Shown here: piece after piece, positions 23,306-32,035 of the stretch
Layout: each line of letters begins with the position of its first letter
Numbering within the stretch: the first letter of the stretch is position 1
NCBI GenBank assembly: GCA_964396645.1
Contig: CAYNFV010000002.1
Location: forward strand, 1-39,689
Direction: 5' to 3'
Length of the DNA stretch: 39,689 bases
Origin: an uncultured Dehalococcoidales bacterium
GTDB lineage: Bacteria > Chloroflexota > Dehalococcoidia > Dehalococcoidales > BS750m-G39
Made by a program: the position numbers and the translations under genes
The notes under the pieces: generated by a model
What the model saw: the letters and a program-made list of their open reading frames with translations, nothing else
Databases searched by the model: none
What the model was told of the DNA's origin: nothing

Positions 23306-23342
23306 TTGACTAGACAATATCAAAATGAGATAATATTGATAT
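23306..23342 (+). promoter_or_regulatory. Putative promoter of the PaaX-like gene, overlapped by an inverted repeat (candidate operator)
   Basis: TTGACT at 23306-23311, a 17-nt spacer, then GATAAT at 23329-23334. The inverted repeat ATATCAA (23317-23323) / TTGATAT (23336-23342) straddles the -10 box. Confidence 0.4.
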
Positions 23343-23368
23343 AGCGTGAAAATAACGCTATAAAGAAA

Positions 23369-24256
23369 ATGAGACATACTAAAGTTAGTCCTAGAGCCGC
23401 CATGCTCACCCTCTATGGGGACTATGTGCTCCACAGGGGGGGTGAGATTGGAATTGGTAGTCTGGTCAGGCTGCTGAGCAATTTTGGCCTGTCGGAACAG
23501 GCTATCAGGTCAGCCGTTTCCCGGATGTGCCGTTCCGGTCTGCTCAAGGCAAAGCGGGCCAACCGCAAAAGCTTCTACTCCCTGACCAGCGAGGGGCATA
23601 GCCTGCTCACCGAGGGGGCGCTGCGCATCTTCCAGCGCAAGCAGTCCCACTGGGAAGGCAACTGGAACATTGTCACCTACTCCATACCGGAACCACTGCG
23701 CCAGGCCAGGGACAGATTGCGCCTTGAGCTGGGCTGGCTGGGCTACGGGCCGCTGGGCGAGGCCACCTGGATTTCACCCCACGACCTGACTCAAGAGGTG
23801 AAGAAGCTGTTGCGGAAACTCGATATTGAGCAATATGTTAACGTCTTCCGCGCCCAGCACCAGGGCAACACTGAACCAAAGAAGATTGTCTCCCGCTGCT
23901 GGGACCTGGGCAAGATACACCAGGAGTACGCCGATTTCCTGACTGCCTATCGCCCCAAGCTGGAAGGGCACCGGAAACGGTTAGAGGCCGGGGAAACCAT
24001 TGAACCCAGCGAGTGTTTTGTCGCCCGTTTCAACCTTATCCATGAATACCGCAAGCTGCCCTTCTTTGACCCCGACCTGCCGCTGGAGCTCCTCCCCGAG
24101 AACTGGTTACGGCCCCAGGCGGCGGCTCTATTTAATGAATATCACGGCTTACTCACCGAGAAAGCCAATGAATACTTCGACTCGGTTTCCGAGAACTACC
24201 GAAGCGCCAGGAGGCTTAAAGAGAAGGGCGCCAAGGCGCTGACGAAAGTAAACTAG
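23369..24256 (+). CDS. paaX: PaaX-family transcriptional regulator (aryl-CoA-responsive repressor family)
   Basis: The N-terminal winged helix LYGDYVLHRGGEIGIGSLVRLLSNFGLSEQAIRSAVSRMCRSGLL...RKSFYSLTSEG is collinear with E. coli PaaX. The C-terminal PaaX_C-like segment is LIHEYRKLPFFDPDLPLELLPENW. Confidence 0.85.
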   Translation: MRHTKVSPRAAMLTLYGDYVLHRGGEIGIGSLVRLLSNFGLSEQAIRSAVSRMCRSGLLKAKRANRKSFYSLTSEGHSLLTEGALRIFQRKQSHWEGNWNIVTYSIPEPLRQARDRLRLELGWLGYGPLGEATWISPHDLTQEVKKLLRKLDIEQYVNVFRAQHQGNTEPKKIVSRCWDLGKIHQEYADFLTAYRPKLEGHRKRLEAGETIEPSECFVARFNLIHEYRKLPFFDPDLPLELLPENWLRPQAAALFNEYHGLLTEKANEYFDSVSENYRSARRLKEKGAKALTKVN

Positions 24257-24314
24257 AGTTCACTATTGTTATGGGAAGCGTTATTTAAAGGCTAACTAAG
24301 CTGGGGGAGTAAAA

Positions 24315-26393
24315 ATGAGGTATGCAGAAACAGGGGTTAATCTAGAAATTGACCTGTCCCGGGGAAGCATTGAGAAGGAAGGAACCGACTCAAGATTAAC
24401 CGAGCTTCACCTGGGTGGGCTGGGGACTAACGCCAGGATACTATGGGATAGGGTCCCCCCTGAGGTTGACCCCTTTTCCCCGGATAATCTGTTAATATTC
24501 AGCGCCGGTCTTCTAGCCGGCACACCGGCTCCTGGCGCCAACCGCACCATTGTTTCCACCTTTTCCCCACAGACGCTGTTAATGGCCTATTCCATAATGG
24601 GCGGCTTTTGGGCACCGGAGCTGAAATTTGCCGGTTATGACAAAGTAATCGTTCGCGGCAAGTCCCCCAATCTGGTCTACCTGTGGATAAACAATGACAA
24701 AGTGGAAATACGCGATGCCTCTCACCTGCAGGGTAAGGGCTGCCTGGAAACCGAAGAGCTTATTAAACAGGAGTTGAATGAGCCCAAAGCCCAGGTGGCA
24801 ACGATTGGCCTGGCTGGTGAAAACAGGGTCTTTTATGCCTCCATCGAGCAGGGGCGGTCCAGCGCCAGCCGGGGCGGCATCGGCGCCGTCATGGGCGACA
24901 AAGGGCTAAAGGCGATAGCCGTCCGCGGGAAAAAGGACGTTATCGTGGCCAAACCGGCTGAATTTTTCGAGCTCTGCAGCGAGGTGCTGAAATACATACA
25001 GTACCGAGCCGATAATCCAATCAAGGGGGTACCGCCCATCTTAGCCGGGCTCGGCTCACCCCAGGAGATGTCACTACATGATGAGCAGTGGCACACGGCC
25101 AGTTTCGCCTGGGGCCATGCCCGCCAAAGGCGAAAGGATTTCTGGAACGAGGAAATCGAAAAGGAATGGAAAGGGGTTCAGGACAAAGCGGTGGAACGGC
25201 TCATAAGCTGTTATAACTGTCCCATGAAGTGCGGGGGCATAATTCACCACCCCAAACTGGAAAGATACATGATGAAGTGCTACTCGAAGCTTACCTATAC
25301 CATGGCGGCTATGTCAGACCTGGATTTCGGCTTTAAAATCGCCGGTCTGGCTCAGGAGTACGGAGTGGACGGCTACACCACGCCGCAGGTTATGGCCTTC
25401 GCCGTCGAGCTTTACGAAGCCGGCATCCTGACCGATAAGGACCTGCCCGGATTTCCCGCCGATAACGAGGAGAGGTTCTTCTACTTACTAGAAAAGCTTG
25501 TGCGGCGGGAAGGTATCGGCGACGTTCTGGCCGAGGGTGTTTACTGGGCGGCCCGAAAGATTGGCAAGGGGGCCGAGGAATACGACCATAATACCATCAA
25601 GAAACACGAGCAGATACCCATCAAGCTGGGGACGATGAACCCTATTTACTATCTCATGTGGTCCACCGGCGAGAAAATCAATATTACCCAGATTGAGGGG
25701 CAGATACCCCAGGCGCCTTTCCCCACTAAAGAGGAGAGGGAGGAATTCGTCAAGGACTGGATTCAGATTCCCAAGGAAGAGTTTAAGGACTTTGTCCTGA
25801 ACTGGGGAGAACCAGGCACCTCATTTCCCAATTACCCGACGGCTGAAGCCGCCTGTGAGCTGGTTGAGTGGCAGGAGACGATGCACTACATTGACGACGC
25901 CACCGGGATATGCGCCGGCCTGTCATCATTTCCCATCAAGCCTCCCTACCACATACATAATTTACCGAGGGTAATCTCAGCCGCCACCGGGCTGGATATC
26001 GATGAAGCTAAACTATGGCAGATAGCCAGGAGGAACCGGACTTTAATCAGAGCCATTAATATCAGAAGGGGCATGAGGCGAAAGGACGAGCGTCCTCCCG
26101 AGGACCATTGGAAGAGGAGATTCCCTGACATTGAAGCTAAACTGCTTGACGAGTACTACAAATACAGGGGATGGAATAATAACGGCATTCCTACCAAAGA
26201 GACTTTAGATGAACTCGGCCTGGATTACGTCAGCCAGGACTTTGAGCAGAGAGGGGTTTATAAGGAAAAGGTCAAGCTAGCGGCTAGCGCCGCCCCGAAA
26301 GAGGCGAGTCAGCCGAAAGCCAAAGCCAAGAGCGCTGCCAAAAAGGCAAAAACCCAGCCAAAACCCAGAGCTAAGAAGGGTTCTAAAAAATGA
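24315..26393 (+). CDS. AOR-family W/Mo-pterin subunit, BamB-like (candidate active-site subunit of a class II benzoyl-CoA-reductase-like complex), with a Lys/Ala/Pro-rich C-terminal tail
   Basis: AOR N-terminal domain (LHLGGLGTNARILWD), SRGGIGAVMGDKGLKAIAVRG, the FeS motif CYNCPMKCGG and QEYGVDGYT. The gene order with the next four genes matches bamBCDEF. The last 43 aa are KEKVKLAASAAPKEASQPKAKAKSAAKKAKTQPKPRAKKGSKK. Confidence 0.8.
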   Translation: MRYAETGVNLEIDLSRGSIEKEGTDSRLTELHLGGLGTNARILWDRVPPEVDPFSPDNLLIFSAGLLAGTPAPGANRTIVSTFSPQTLLMAYSIMGGFWAPELKFAGYDKVIVRGKSPNLVYLWINNDKVEIRDASHLQGKGCLETEELIKQELNEPKAQVATIGLAGENRVFYASIEQGRSSASRGGIGAVMGDKGLKAIAVRGKKDVIVAKPAEFFELCSEVLKYIQYRADNPIKGVPPILAGLGSPQEMSLHDEQWHTASFAWGHARQRRKDFWNEEIEKEWKGVQDKAVERLISCYNCPMKCGGIIHHPKLERYMMKCYSKLTYTMAAMSDLDFGFKIAGLAQEYGVDGYTTPQVMAFAVELYEAGILTDKDLPGFPADNEERFFYLLEKLVRREGIGDVLAEGVYWAARKIGKGAEEYDHNTIKKHEQIPIKLGTMNPIYYLMWSTGEKINITQIEGQIPQAPFPTKEEREEFVKDWIQIPKEEFKDFVLNWGEPGTSFPNYPTAEAACELVEWQETMHYIDDATGICAGLSSFPIKPPYHIHNLPRVISAATGLDIDEAKLWQIARRNRTLIRAINIRRGMRRKDERPPEDHWKRRFPDIEAKLLDEYYKYRGWNNNGIPTKETLDELGLDYVSQDFEQRGVYKEKVKLAASAAPKEASQPKAKAKSAAKKAKTQPKPRAKKGSKK

Positions 26394-26914
26394 AAAAAGT
26401 CAAGCTAATCAAGATAGACGTCGATAAGTGCAACGGCTGCCGGGCCTGCGAGGCAATCTGCTCCGCCTTTCACGCCGAGCCCAAGTACAGCAGCACTAAT
26501 CCGGAGAGGTCACGGATTCGGGTGCTTTGGGACCCACGGAGAGATATCTATATTCCGGTACTGGCTGGTGAGTATACTGAAGCCGAATGTAACGGCCGGG
26601 ACCTGTATACTATTGACGGAAAACAGTACGACGAGTGTGCCTTCTGCCGGGCTTCCTGTCCTTCCCGAGACCTTTTCAAAGACCCCGATTCCGACCTCCC
26701 GCTAAAGTGCGATATGTGCGAAGAAGAACCGCCGCTGGAGGAGCCGCTGTGTGTCCAGTGGTGCCTATCTGACGCCCTGACCTACGAGGAACGGGAGGAG
26801 GAAGGGGAAGAAGAGGAGAGGCCGGATGAGATGGAGATAGGCCTGGAATCGTTAATCAAAAAACACGGCGCCAAGGCGGTAATGGATACCGTTAACCGAT
26901 TAACCAAGGAATAA
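26390..26914 (+). CDS. Poly-[4Fe-4S] ferredoxin subunit, BamC-like
   Basis: CNGCRACEAIC, CAFCRASCP and CDMCEEEPPLEEPLCVQWC. The ATG overlaps the upstream stop (ATGA). An acidic run, YEEREEEGEEEERPDEM, is present. Confidence 0.8.
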   Translation: MKKVKLIKIDVDKCNGCRACEAICSAFHAEPKYSSTNPERSRIRVLWDPRRDIYIPVLAGEYTEAECNGRDLYTIDGKQYDECAFCRASCPSRDLFKDPDSDLPLKCDMCEEEPPLEEPLCVQWCLSDALTYEEREEEGEEEERPDEMEIGLESLIKKHGAKAVMDTVNRLTKE

Positions 26915-26933
26915 AAGAAAGGGATAAAAGATA

Positions 26934-28109
26934 GTGGAGACCGTAGCACCCTTCAAAGAGGCCATAGATGCCATAAAAGAGGCCGGCGGCGAAGCCTTCA
27001 AGCTTTGCTACCAGTGCGGGCTGTGTGATACCGTCTGCCCCTGGAACCGGGTTAGAGACTTCAGTATGCGCCACATTGTCCGACAGGCTGCCTTCGGTCT
27101 GCCCGAGATAGAGGGCGAGGATATCTGGCGCTGCACTACCTGCGGGGCCTGCCCCCAAGCCTGCCCCCGGGGAGTGGGCACGATAGACGTCAGCGTTTCC
27201 TTTCGCCGCATTGCCTCGGAGGCCGGGATTTCCCCACCCCCCATCCACACCACCAGTGTCAATCTTGGCGCCGAGGGCAACCCTCTGGGCGAACCACGCG
27301 ACCAGAGAGGGGACTGGGCCAAAGAGCTCTCGGTAAAACCCTTCACCGAGGGGATGGAAATCCTGTATTTCCCCGGCTGCTACCCCAGCTATGACTCAAG
27401 ACTAAAAAAGGTGGCTGCGGCCACGGCCAATATCCTTAACCAGGCGGGGGTGGATTTCGGCATACTGGGTGCCAAGGAGAATTGCTGCGGAGAAAGCATC
27501 CGCAAGGCGGGCGATGAGGAGCTATTCAAACGATTAGCCAAGGAAAACATCAAAGCCTTTATTGATAATGGCGTCAAGAAAATCCTGGTCTCTTCGCCTC
27601 ACTGCTACCACACCTTCAGCAACGAGTATACCGAATTTAGGGCCAACTTTGAGGTGGTCCATATCTCCCAGTTTCTATTAGAGCTTATCAATGAGGGCAG
27701 ACTAAAGCTCAGCAAGGAGTATAAGAAGAAAATAACCTACCATGACCCCTGTTACCTGGGCCGGCATAACGGCATCTATGACGAACCCCGAGAGGTCCTA
27801 AAGAAGGTGCCCGGCCTAGAGCTGGTTGAGATGCCCGATTCGCGGGAAAACAGTCTCTGTTGCGGAGGGGGTGGGGGCCGAATCTGGATGGAAACCCCCA
27901 AGGGGGAAAGGTTCGCCGACCTCAGATTAGAACAGGCCACCGGGGTCAGGGCTGAGGTGCTGGTCACCTCCTGCCCCTATTGCATCATCAATTTTGAGGA
28001 CAGCCGCCTAGCCCTAGAGGACAGCGAGGTCATCGAGGTTAAAGATATCACTGAAATTATCCAGGAGGCGATTGGGGAACCCAAGAAGGCTGATAAGGAC
28101 GGAGAATAG
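26934..28109 (+). CDS. HdrD/GlpC-like FeS protein with two CCG domains, BamD-like
   Basis: 2x[4Fe-4S] motifs CYQCGLCDTVCP and CTTCGACPQACP. CCG-domain motifs PGCYPSYD...ENCCGES and DPCYLGRH...SLCCGGGGG. GTG start directly after an in-frame TAG. Confidence 0.8.
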   Translation: METVAPFKEAIDAIKEAGGEAFKLCYQCGLCDTVCPWNRVRDFSMRHIVRQAAFGLPEIEGEDIWRCTTCGACPQACPRGVGTIDVSVSFRRIASEAGISPPPIHTTSVNLGAEGNPLGEPRDQRGDWAKELSVKPFTEGMEILYFPGCYPSYDSRLKKVAAATANILNQAGVDFGILGAKENCCGESIRKAGDEELFKRLAKENIKAFIDNGVKKILVSSPHCYHTFSNEYTEFRANFEVVHISQFLLELINEGRLKLSKEYKKKITYHDPCYLGRHNGIYDEPREVLKKVPGLELVEMPDSRENSLCCGGGGGRIWMETPKGERFADLRLEQATGVRAEVLVTSCPYCIINFEDSRLALEDSEVIEVKDITEIIQEAIGEPKKADKDGE

Positions 28110-31100
28110 TGGCTAAAGAACCAGTTGAAGGACAGCTTAATAACCCCGAAGAAAATATCGGCGATGTTATGGTCGTCGGTGGCGGTATCAGCGGCATTCA
28201 AGCCTCACTCGACCTGGCCGAGATGGGCTTTAAGGTCTACCTGGTCGATAGCTCGCCGGCTATCGGCGGCAAGATGGCCCAGCTCGATAAGACCTTCCCC
28301 ACCAATGACTGCTCCCTGTGCATTGAATCCCCCAAGTTTATTGAATGTGACCGGCATCCCAATATAGAGATCCTGACCTATACCGATGTTGACAAGGTGG
28401 AAGGGGAAGCCGGAGACTTCAGGGTAACCCTGACCCGGAAGCCCCGATACATCATTGAAGACGAATGCCGGGGTTGCACCACCTGCACCGAGTACTGCCC
28501 GGTCAAGGTCCCCGATAAATATAATCAAAACCTGTCTCTTACCAAGTGCAGCCATATATACTTCTCTCAATCGGTGCCGCTGGTCACCTATATTGACCCC
28601 GAAAGCTGCCTTTTCCTTAAGGACGAGAAGTGCAACATCTGCGTCGGAGTCTGTAAGAATGACGCCATAGACCTTCATCAAAAGCCCGAGAAGCTGGAAA
28701 TAGAGGTCGGGGCCATAATTATGGCTCCGGGCTATGAGGCGTTTGACGCCAGGCTGAGGAACGACTACGGCTACGGCAAGATGCCCAATGTGGTCAGCGG
28801 CCTCGACTTCGAACGGATACTATGCTCCACCGGCCCCTACGAAGGCGAGATAAGGCGCCCCTCTGACGGCAAGCACCCCAAGAAGATAGCCTGGATTCAG
28901 TGCGTCGGCTCGCGGCAGGTTATCCCCGGCGGCAACAGCTATTGCTCGGCCGTATGCTGCACCTATACCCAGAAGCAGGTGATTCTAACCAAAGACCATG
29001 ACACCGAGGCAGAATGTACCATATTCCATAACGACATTCGCTCGTTCGGCAAGGACTTCGAGCGATTCTATCAGAGGACGGAGAAGCTTCCCGGCATTCG
29101 CTTTATCAGAAGCTACGTATCAATAGGCAAAGAGCTGCCCAACAAGAACGTAACCATAAAATACTCCACCACCGATGACGGGGTAAAAGAAGAGGAATTC
29201 GACATGGTGGTGTTATCCGTGGGCTTGAACCCCCCTCATGATGTTGAGAAATTGGCGGAAAAGTTCGGCATCGAGCTTAATGAACACCTATTCTGTAAGG
29301 TCAATCCGAATAACCCTATCGAGACCACACGCCAGGGAATCTTTGTCAGCGGCGCCTTCCGCGGGCCTATAGATATCCCCGAGTCGGTTATGACCGCCAG
29401 CGGGGCGGACGCCCTCTGCAGTCAACTGCTAGCCTACCGGCGGGGGAAGCTGGCCAAAGAGAGGGAATACCCGCCGGAAAGGGACGTCTCGGCTGAGGAG
29501 CCTAGGGTGGGGGTCTTTGTCTGCCACTGCGGAGCCAACATCGGCCGGGTGGTGGACGTTCCTTCAGTGGTTGAGTATGCTTTGACCCTACCTAATGTCG
29601 TCCACGCTCAGGAAGACCTCTTTACCTGTTCTACCGATGCCGCCGAGAAGATAACCGAGGCCATCAAAGAAAAGGGGCTCAATCGCGTCGTTGTCGCCGC
29701 CTGTACCCCCCGGACGCACGAGCCATTATTCCGGGATACGCTGCGCGAGGGAGGCATCAACCCCTACTACTTTGAGTTCGCCAACATCAGGGAGCACTGC
29801 TCCTGGGTCCATTCCCGGGAAAAGGAAGCCGCCACCAGAAAGGCCAAGGATATCGTCCGCATGTCGGTGGCCCGAGCTCTCCTGCTGCAGCCTTTAAAGG
29901 AATTCGAGCTGCCCGTGGACAAGAGGGGGCTGATAGTGGGGGGTGGTATAGCCGGCATGATCAGCTCCCTGAGCCTGGCTGAGCAGGGCTTTGAGGTCTA
30001 CCTGGTGGAAAAGGATAAAGAATTGGGGGGCATTGCCCGTAGAATCCATTACACCCTGGAAGGGATGGATGTTCAGGCCTATCTGAGTGACATTATAGGC
30101 AAGGTCTACCGGCATCCCCTAGTTCATGTAATGACCGACGCCACCATTACCGAGGCCAGCGGTTATGTGGGCAACTTCGTCACCAAGGTGAAGTCGGGAG
30201 AAAGGGTCAGGGAGATAAAACACGGCATAACCATCATTGCCACCGGTGCCGAAGAGTATAAGCCCACCGAATACCTTTACGGCCAAGATGAGCGGGTATT
30301 TACCCTGCTCGATCTGGAGGAGAAAATCGCCAAAGGCGAAGCCAGCGTGACCGACGCCCAGAGCCTGGTGATGATTCAGTGCGTCGGCTGCCGAAATGAA
30401 GACCGAAACTACTGCAGCCGGGTGTGCTGCAACAACGCCATAACCTGTGCCCTGAAATTGAAAGAGAAAAAGCCCGATATGGATATCTACATTCTCTATC
30501 GGGACATCAGGAGCTACGGCTTTGCCGAGGACTACTACCGGGAGGCGGCAAACAAAGAGGTGAAGTTCATCCGCTACGAGCCGGAGGATAAGCCCCAGGT
30601 GGAAGCCGTCGAAGAGGGCGGCAAGAGTATACTGAGGGTCACCGTGACCGACCCCATTCTGGGCAAGAAGATAGCCCTAGACGCCGACGCCCTGGCTCTG
30701 GCCGCCGCCGTTATTCCCCCGGAGACCAATAATGAAATAGCCAAGCAGTTCAAGGTGTCTTTGAGCCCGGACGGTTTCTTCCAGGAAGCCCACGTCAAAC
30801 TGCGGCCGGTTGACTTTGCCGCCGACGGCGTTTTTCTCTGCGGCATAGCTCACTATCCCAAGCATATAACGGAATCGATTGCCCAGGCCTACGGAGCCGC
30901 TGGCCGAGCAGCCACCGTTCTCTCCAAGGATTCGGTAACCGCCTCCGGGGCTATCTGCGAGGTGAATGAGAGCCAGTGCGTCGGCTGCGGTCAGTGTCAG
31001 GCAGCTTGCAAATACGGTGCTATCGAGATGAACGATACCCCAGAGGGCAAAAAGGCTAAGGTTATCCCCGTCCTCTGTAAAGGTTGCGGCCTCTGTGCTA

Positions 31101-31201
31101 CCAAGTGTCCCACCGAGGCTATTTCGTCGAAACACTTTACCGACGAGCAGATCCTTACCGAGGTCGATGCCGCCTTTCCCGCCCTTGTCGAGGTGCACTG
31201 A
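28109..31201 (+). CDS. Double HdrA-like FAD/FeS protein (1030 aa), BamE-like
   Basis: Two HdrA-type FAD folds are present: VVGGGISGIQASLDLAEMGFKVYLVD...TNDCSLC and IVGGGIAGMISSLSLAEQGFEVYLVE. HdrA Cys clusters are YCSAVCC and YCSRVCC. Ferredoxin motifs are CRGCTTCTEYCP, CVGCGQCQAACKYGA and CKGCGLCATKCP. The GTG start shares one nt with the upstream TAG. Confidence 0.85.
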   Translation: MAKEPVEGQLNNPEENIGDVMVVGGGISGIQASLDLAEMGFKVYLVDSSPAIGGKMAQLDKTFPTNDCSLCIESPKFIECDRHPNIEILTYTDVDKVEGEAGDFRVTLTRKPRYIIEDECRGCTTCTEYCPVKVPDKYNQNLSLTKCSHIYFSQSVPLVTYIDPESCLFLKDEKCNICVGVCKNDAIDLHQKPEKLEIEVGAIIMAPGYEAFDARLRNDYGYGKMPNVVSGLDFERILCSTGPYEGEIRRPSDGKHPKKIAWIQCVGSRQVIPGGNSYCSAVCCTYTQKQVILTKDHDTEAECTIFHNDIRSFGKDFERFYQRTEKLPGIRFIRSYVSIGKELPNKNVTIKYSTTDDGVKEEEFDMVVLSVGLNPPHDVEKLAEKFGIELNEHLFCKVNPNNPIETTRQGIFVSGAFRGPIDIPESVMTASGADALCSQLLAYRRGKLAKEREYPPERDVSAEEPRVGVFVCHCGANIGRVVDVPSVVEYALTLPNVVHAQEDLFTCSTDAAEKITEAIKEKGLNRVVVAACTPRTHEPLFRDTLREGGINPYYFEFANIREHCSWVHSREKEAATRKAKDIVRMSVARALLLQPLKEFELPVDKRGLIVGGGIAGMISSLSLAEQGFEVYLVEKDKELGGIARRIHYTLEGMDVQAYLSDIIGKVYRHPLVHVMTDATITEASGYVGNFVTKVKSGERVREIKHGITIIATGAEEYKPTEYLYGQDERVFTLLDLEEKIAKGEASVTDAQSLVMIQCVGCRNEDRNYCSRVCCNNAITCALKLKEKKPDMDIYILYRDIRSYGFAEDYYREAANKEVKFIRYEPEDKPQVEAVEEGGKSILRVTVTDPILGKKIALDADALALAAAVIPPETNNEIAKQFKVSLSPDGFFQEAHVKLRPVDFAADGVFLCGIAHYPKHITESIAQAYGAAGRAATVLSKDSVTASGAICEVNESQCVGCGQCQAACKYGAIEMNDTPEGKKAKVIPVLCKGCGLCATKCPTEAISSKHFTDEQILTEVDAAFPALVEVH

Positions 31202-31233
31202 AGAAGGCGACTCTTTAGGAGCGAGCTTTAAAA

Positions 31234-31971
31234 ATGGCTTCAAACTACGATTTCGAACCGAAGATTCTAGGCTTCCTGTGTAACTGGTGTTGCTACGCCG
31301 GGGCGGACTTGGCTGGTGTTTCCCGGTATCAATACCCCCCTAACATGAGGGTAATAAGGATGATGTGCTCCGGCAGAATCGACCCGAAATTCATTTTCCG
31401 CGCCTTCGCCAACGGAATTGACGGGGTCTTTATCGGCGGTTGCTGGCTGGGTGAATGCCATTACGCCTCGGAAGGTAATTACGACGCCCTGGAGATAACC
31501 AAGCGGAGTAAAAAGGTATTGGAGCAGATGGGCTTGAGCCCGGACAGGTTGCGCATTGAATGGGTTTCGGCTTCGGAGGGAATCCGTTTCGCCGAACTGG
31601 TTACCGAATTCACCAAGAAACTAAAGGAGCTGGGACCTCTGGGGGTAGGTGAAGGTAAAGACCCGGAGGAGTTAAAAAAAGACCTCGAAGCCGCCGAAAA
31701 ATACGCCCTTAAGAAGCTGGTCTCATACTATATTGACCCGGAGAAGTGTCAGGGCTGTATGATTTGCCTACGGAAGTGCCCGGAAGAAGCGATAACCGGC
31801 GGCAAGAATCAGATACATGTTATCGACCAGGAGAAGTGCATAGCCTGTGGCCTCTGCTTTCAGAGTTGCCCCCCTCGCTTCGGCGCGGTACAAAAGCTTA
31901 TAGCCGAGCCAGTGCCCCCTCCCATCCCCGAGGAGGCCAGAACCATAGCCAGAAAGGGTGAAAAAGAATAA
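31234..31971 (+). CDS. MvhD-like domain + 2x[4Fe-4S] ferredoxin, BamF-like
   Basis: MvhD/FlpD signature FLCNWCCYAGADLAG...MCSGRIDP...GGCWLGECHY. The C-terminus carries CQGCMICLRKCP and CIACGLCFQSCPP. Confidence 0.85.
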   Translation: MASNYDFEPKILGFLCNWCCYAGADLAGVSRYQYPPNMRVIRMMCSGRIDPKFIFRAFANGIDGVFIGGCWLGECHYASEGNYDALEITKRSKKVLEQMGLSPDRLRIEWVSASEGIRFAELVTEFTKKLKELGPLGVGEGKDPEELKKDLEAAEKYALKKLVSYYIDPEKCQGCMICLRKCPEEAITGGKNQIHVIDQEKCIACGLCFQSCPPRFGAVQKLIAEPVPPPIPEEARTIARKGEKE

Positions 31972-31994
31972 AGGAAAGATTGAATCTATTCGGG

Positions 31995-32034
31995 GCCCCC
32001 AGAGGTCTTACGGCTTTTGGGGGCTTATTATTTT
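31995..32034 (+). terminator. Rho-independent terminator closing the Bam-like operon (between convergent genes)
   Basis: GCCCCCA (31995-32001) pairs with TGGGGGC (32018-32024). The stem extends further through A-T, G-C and G-U pairs. TTATTATTTT follows. Confidence 0.7.
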
Positions 32035-32035
32035 G

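Noticed and set aside
30677-31243. 188-aa minus-strand ORF
   Set aside because: It is antisense to the 3' part of the HdrA-like gene and is therefore a shadow ORF.
14716-31971. Selenocysteine (in-frame TGA) recoding in the FdhA-like, HdrA-like or MvhD-like genes
   Set aside because: All these ORFs are uninterrupted. The positions where Sec can occur in homologues carry Cys codons, or Tyr in the FdhA-like protein. No split ORF pair flanks a TGA.
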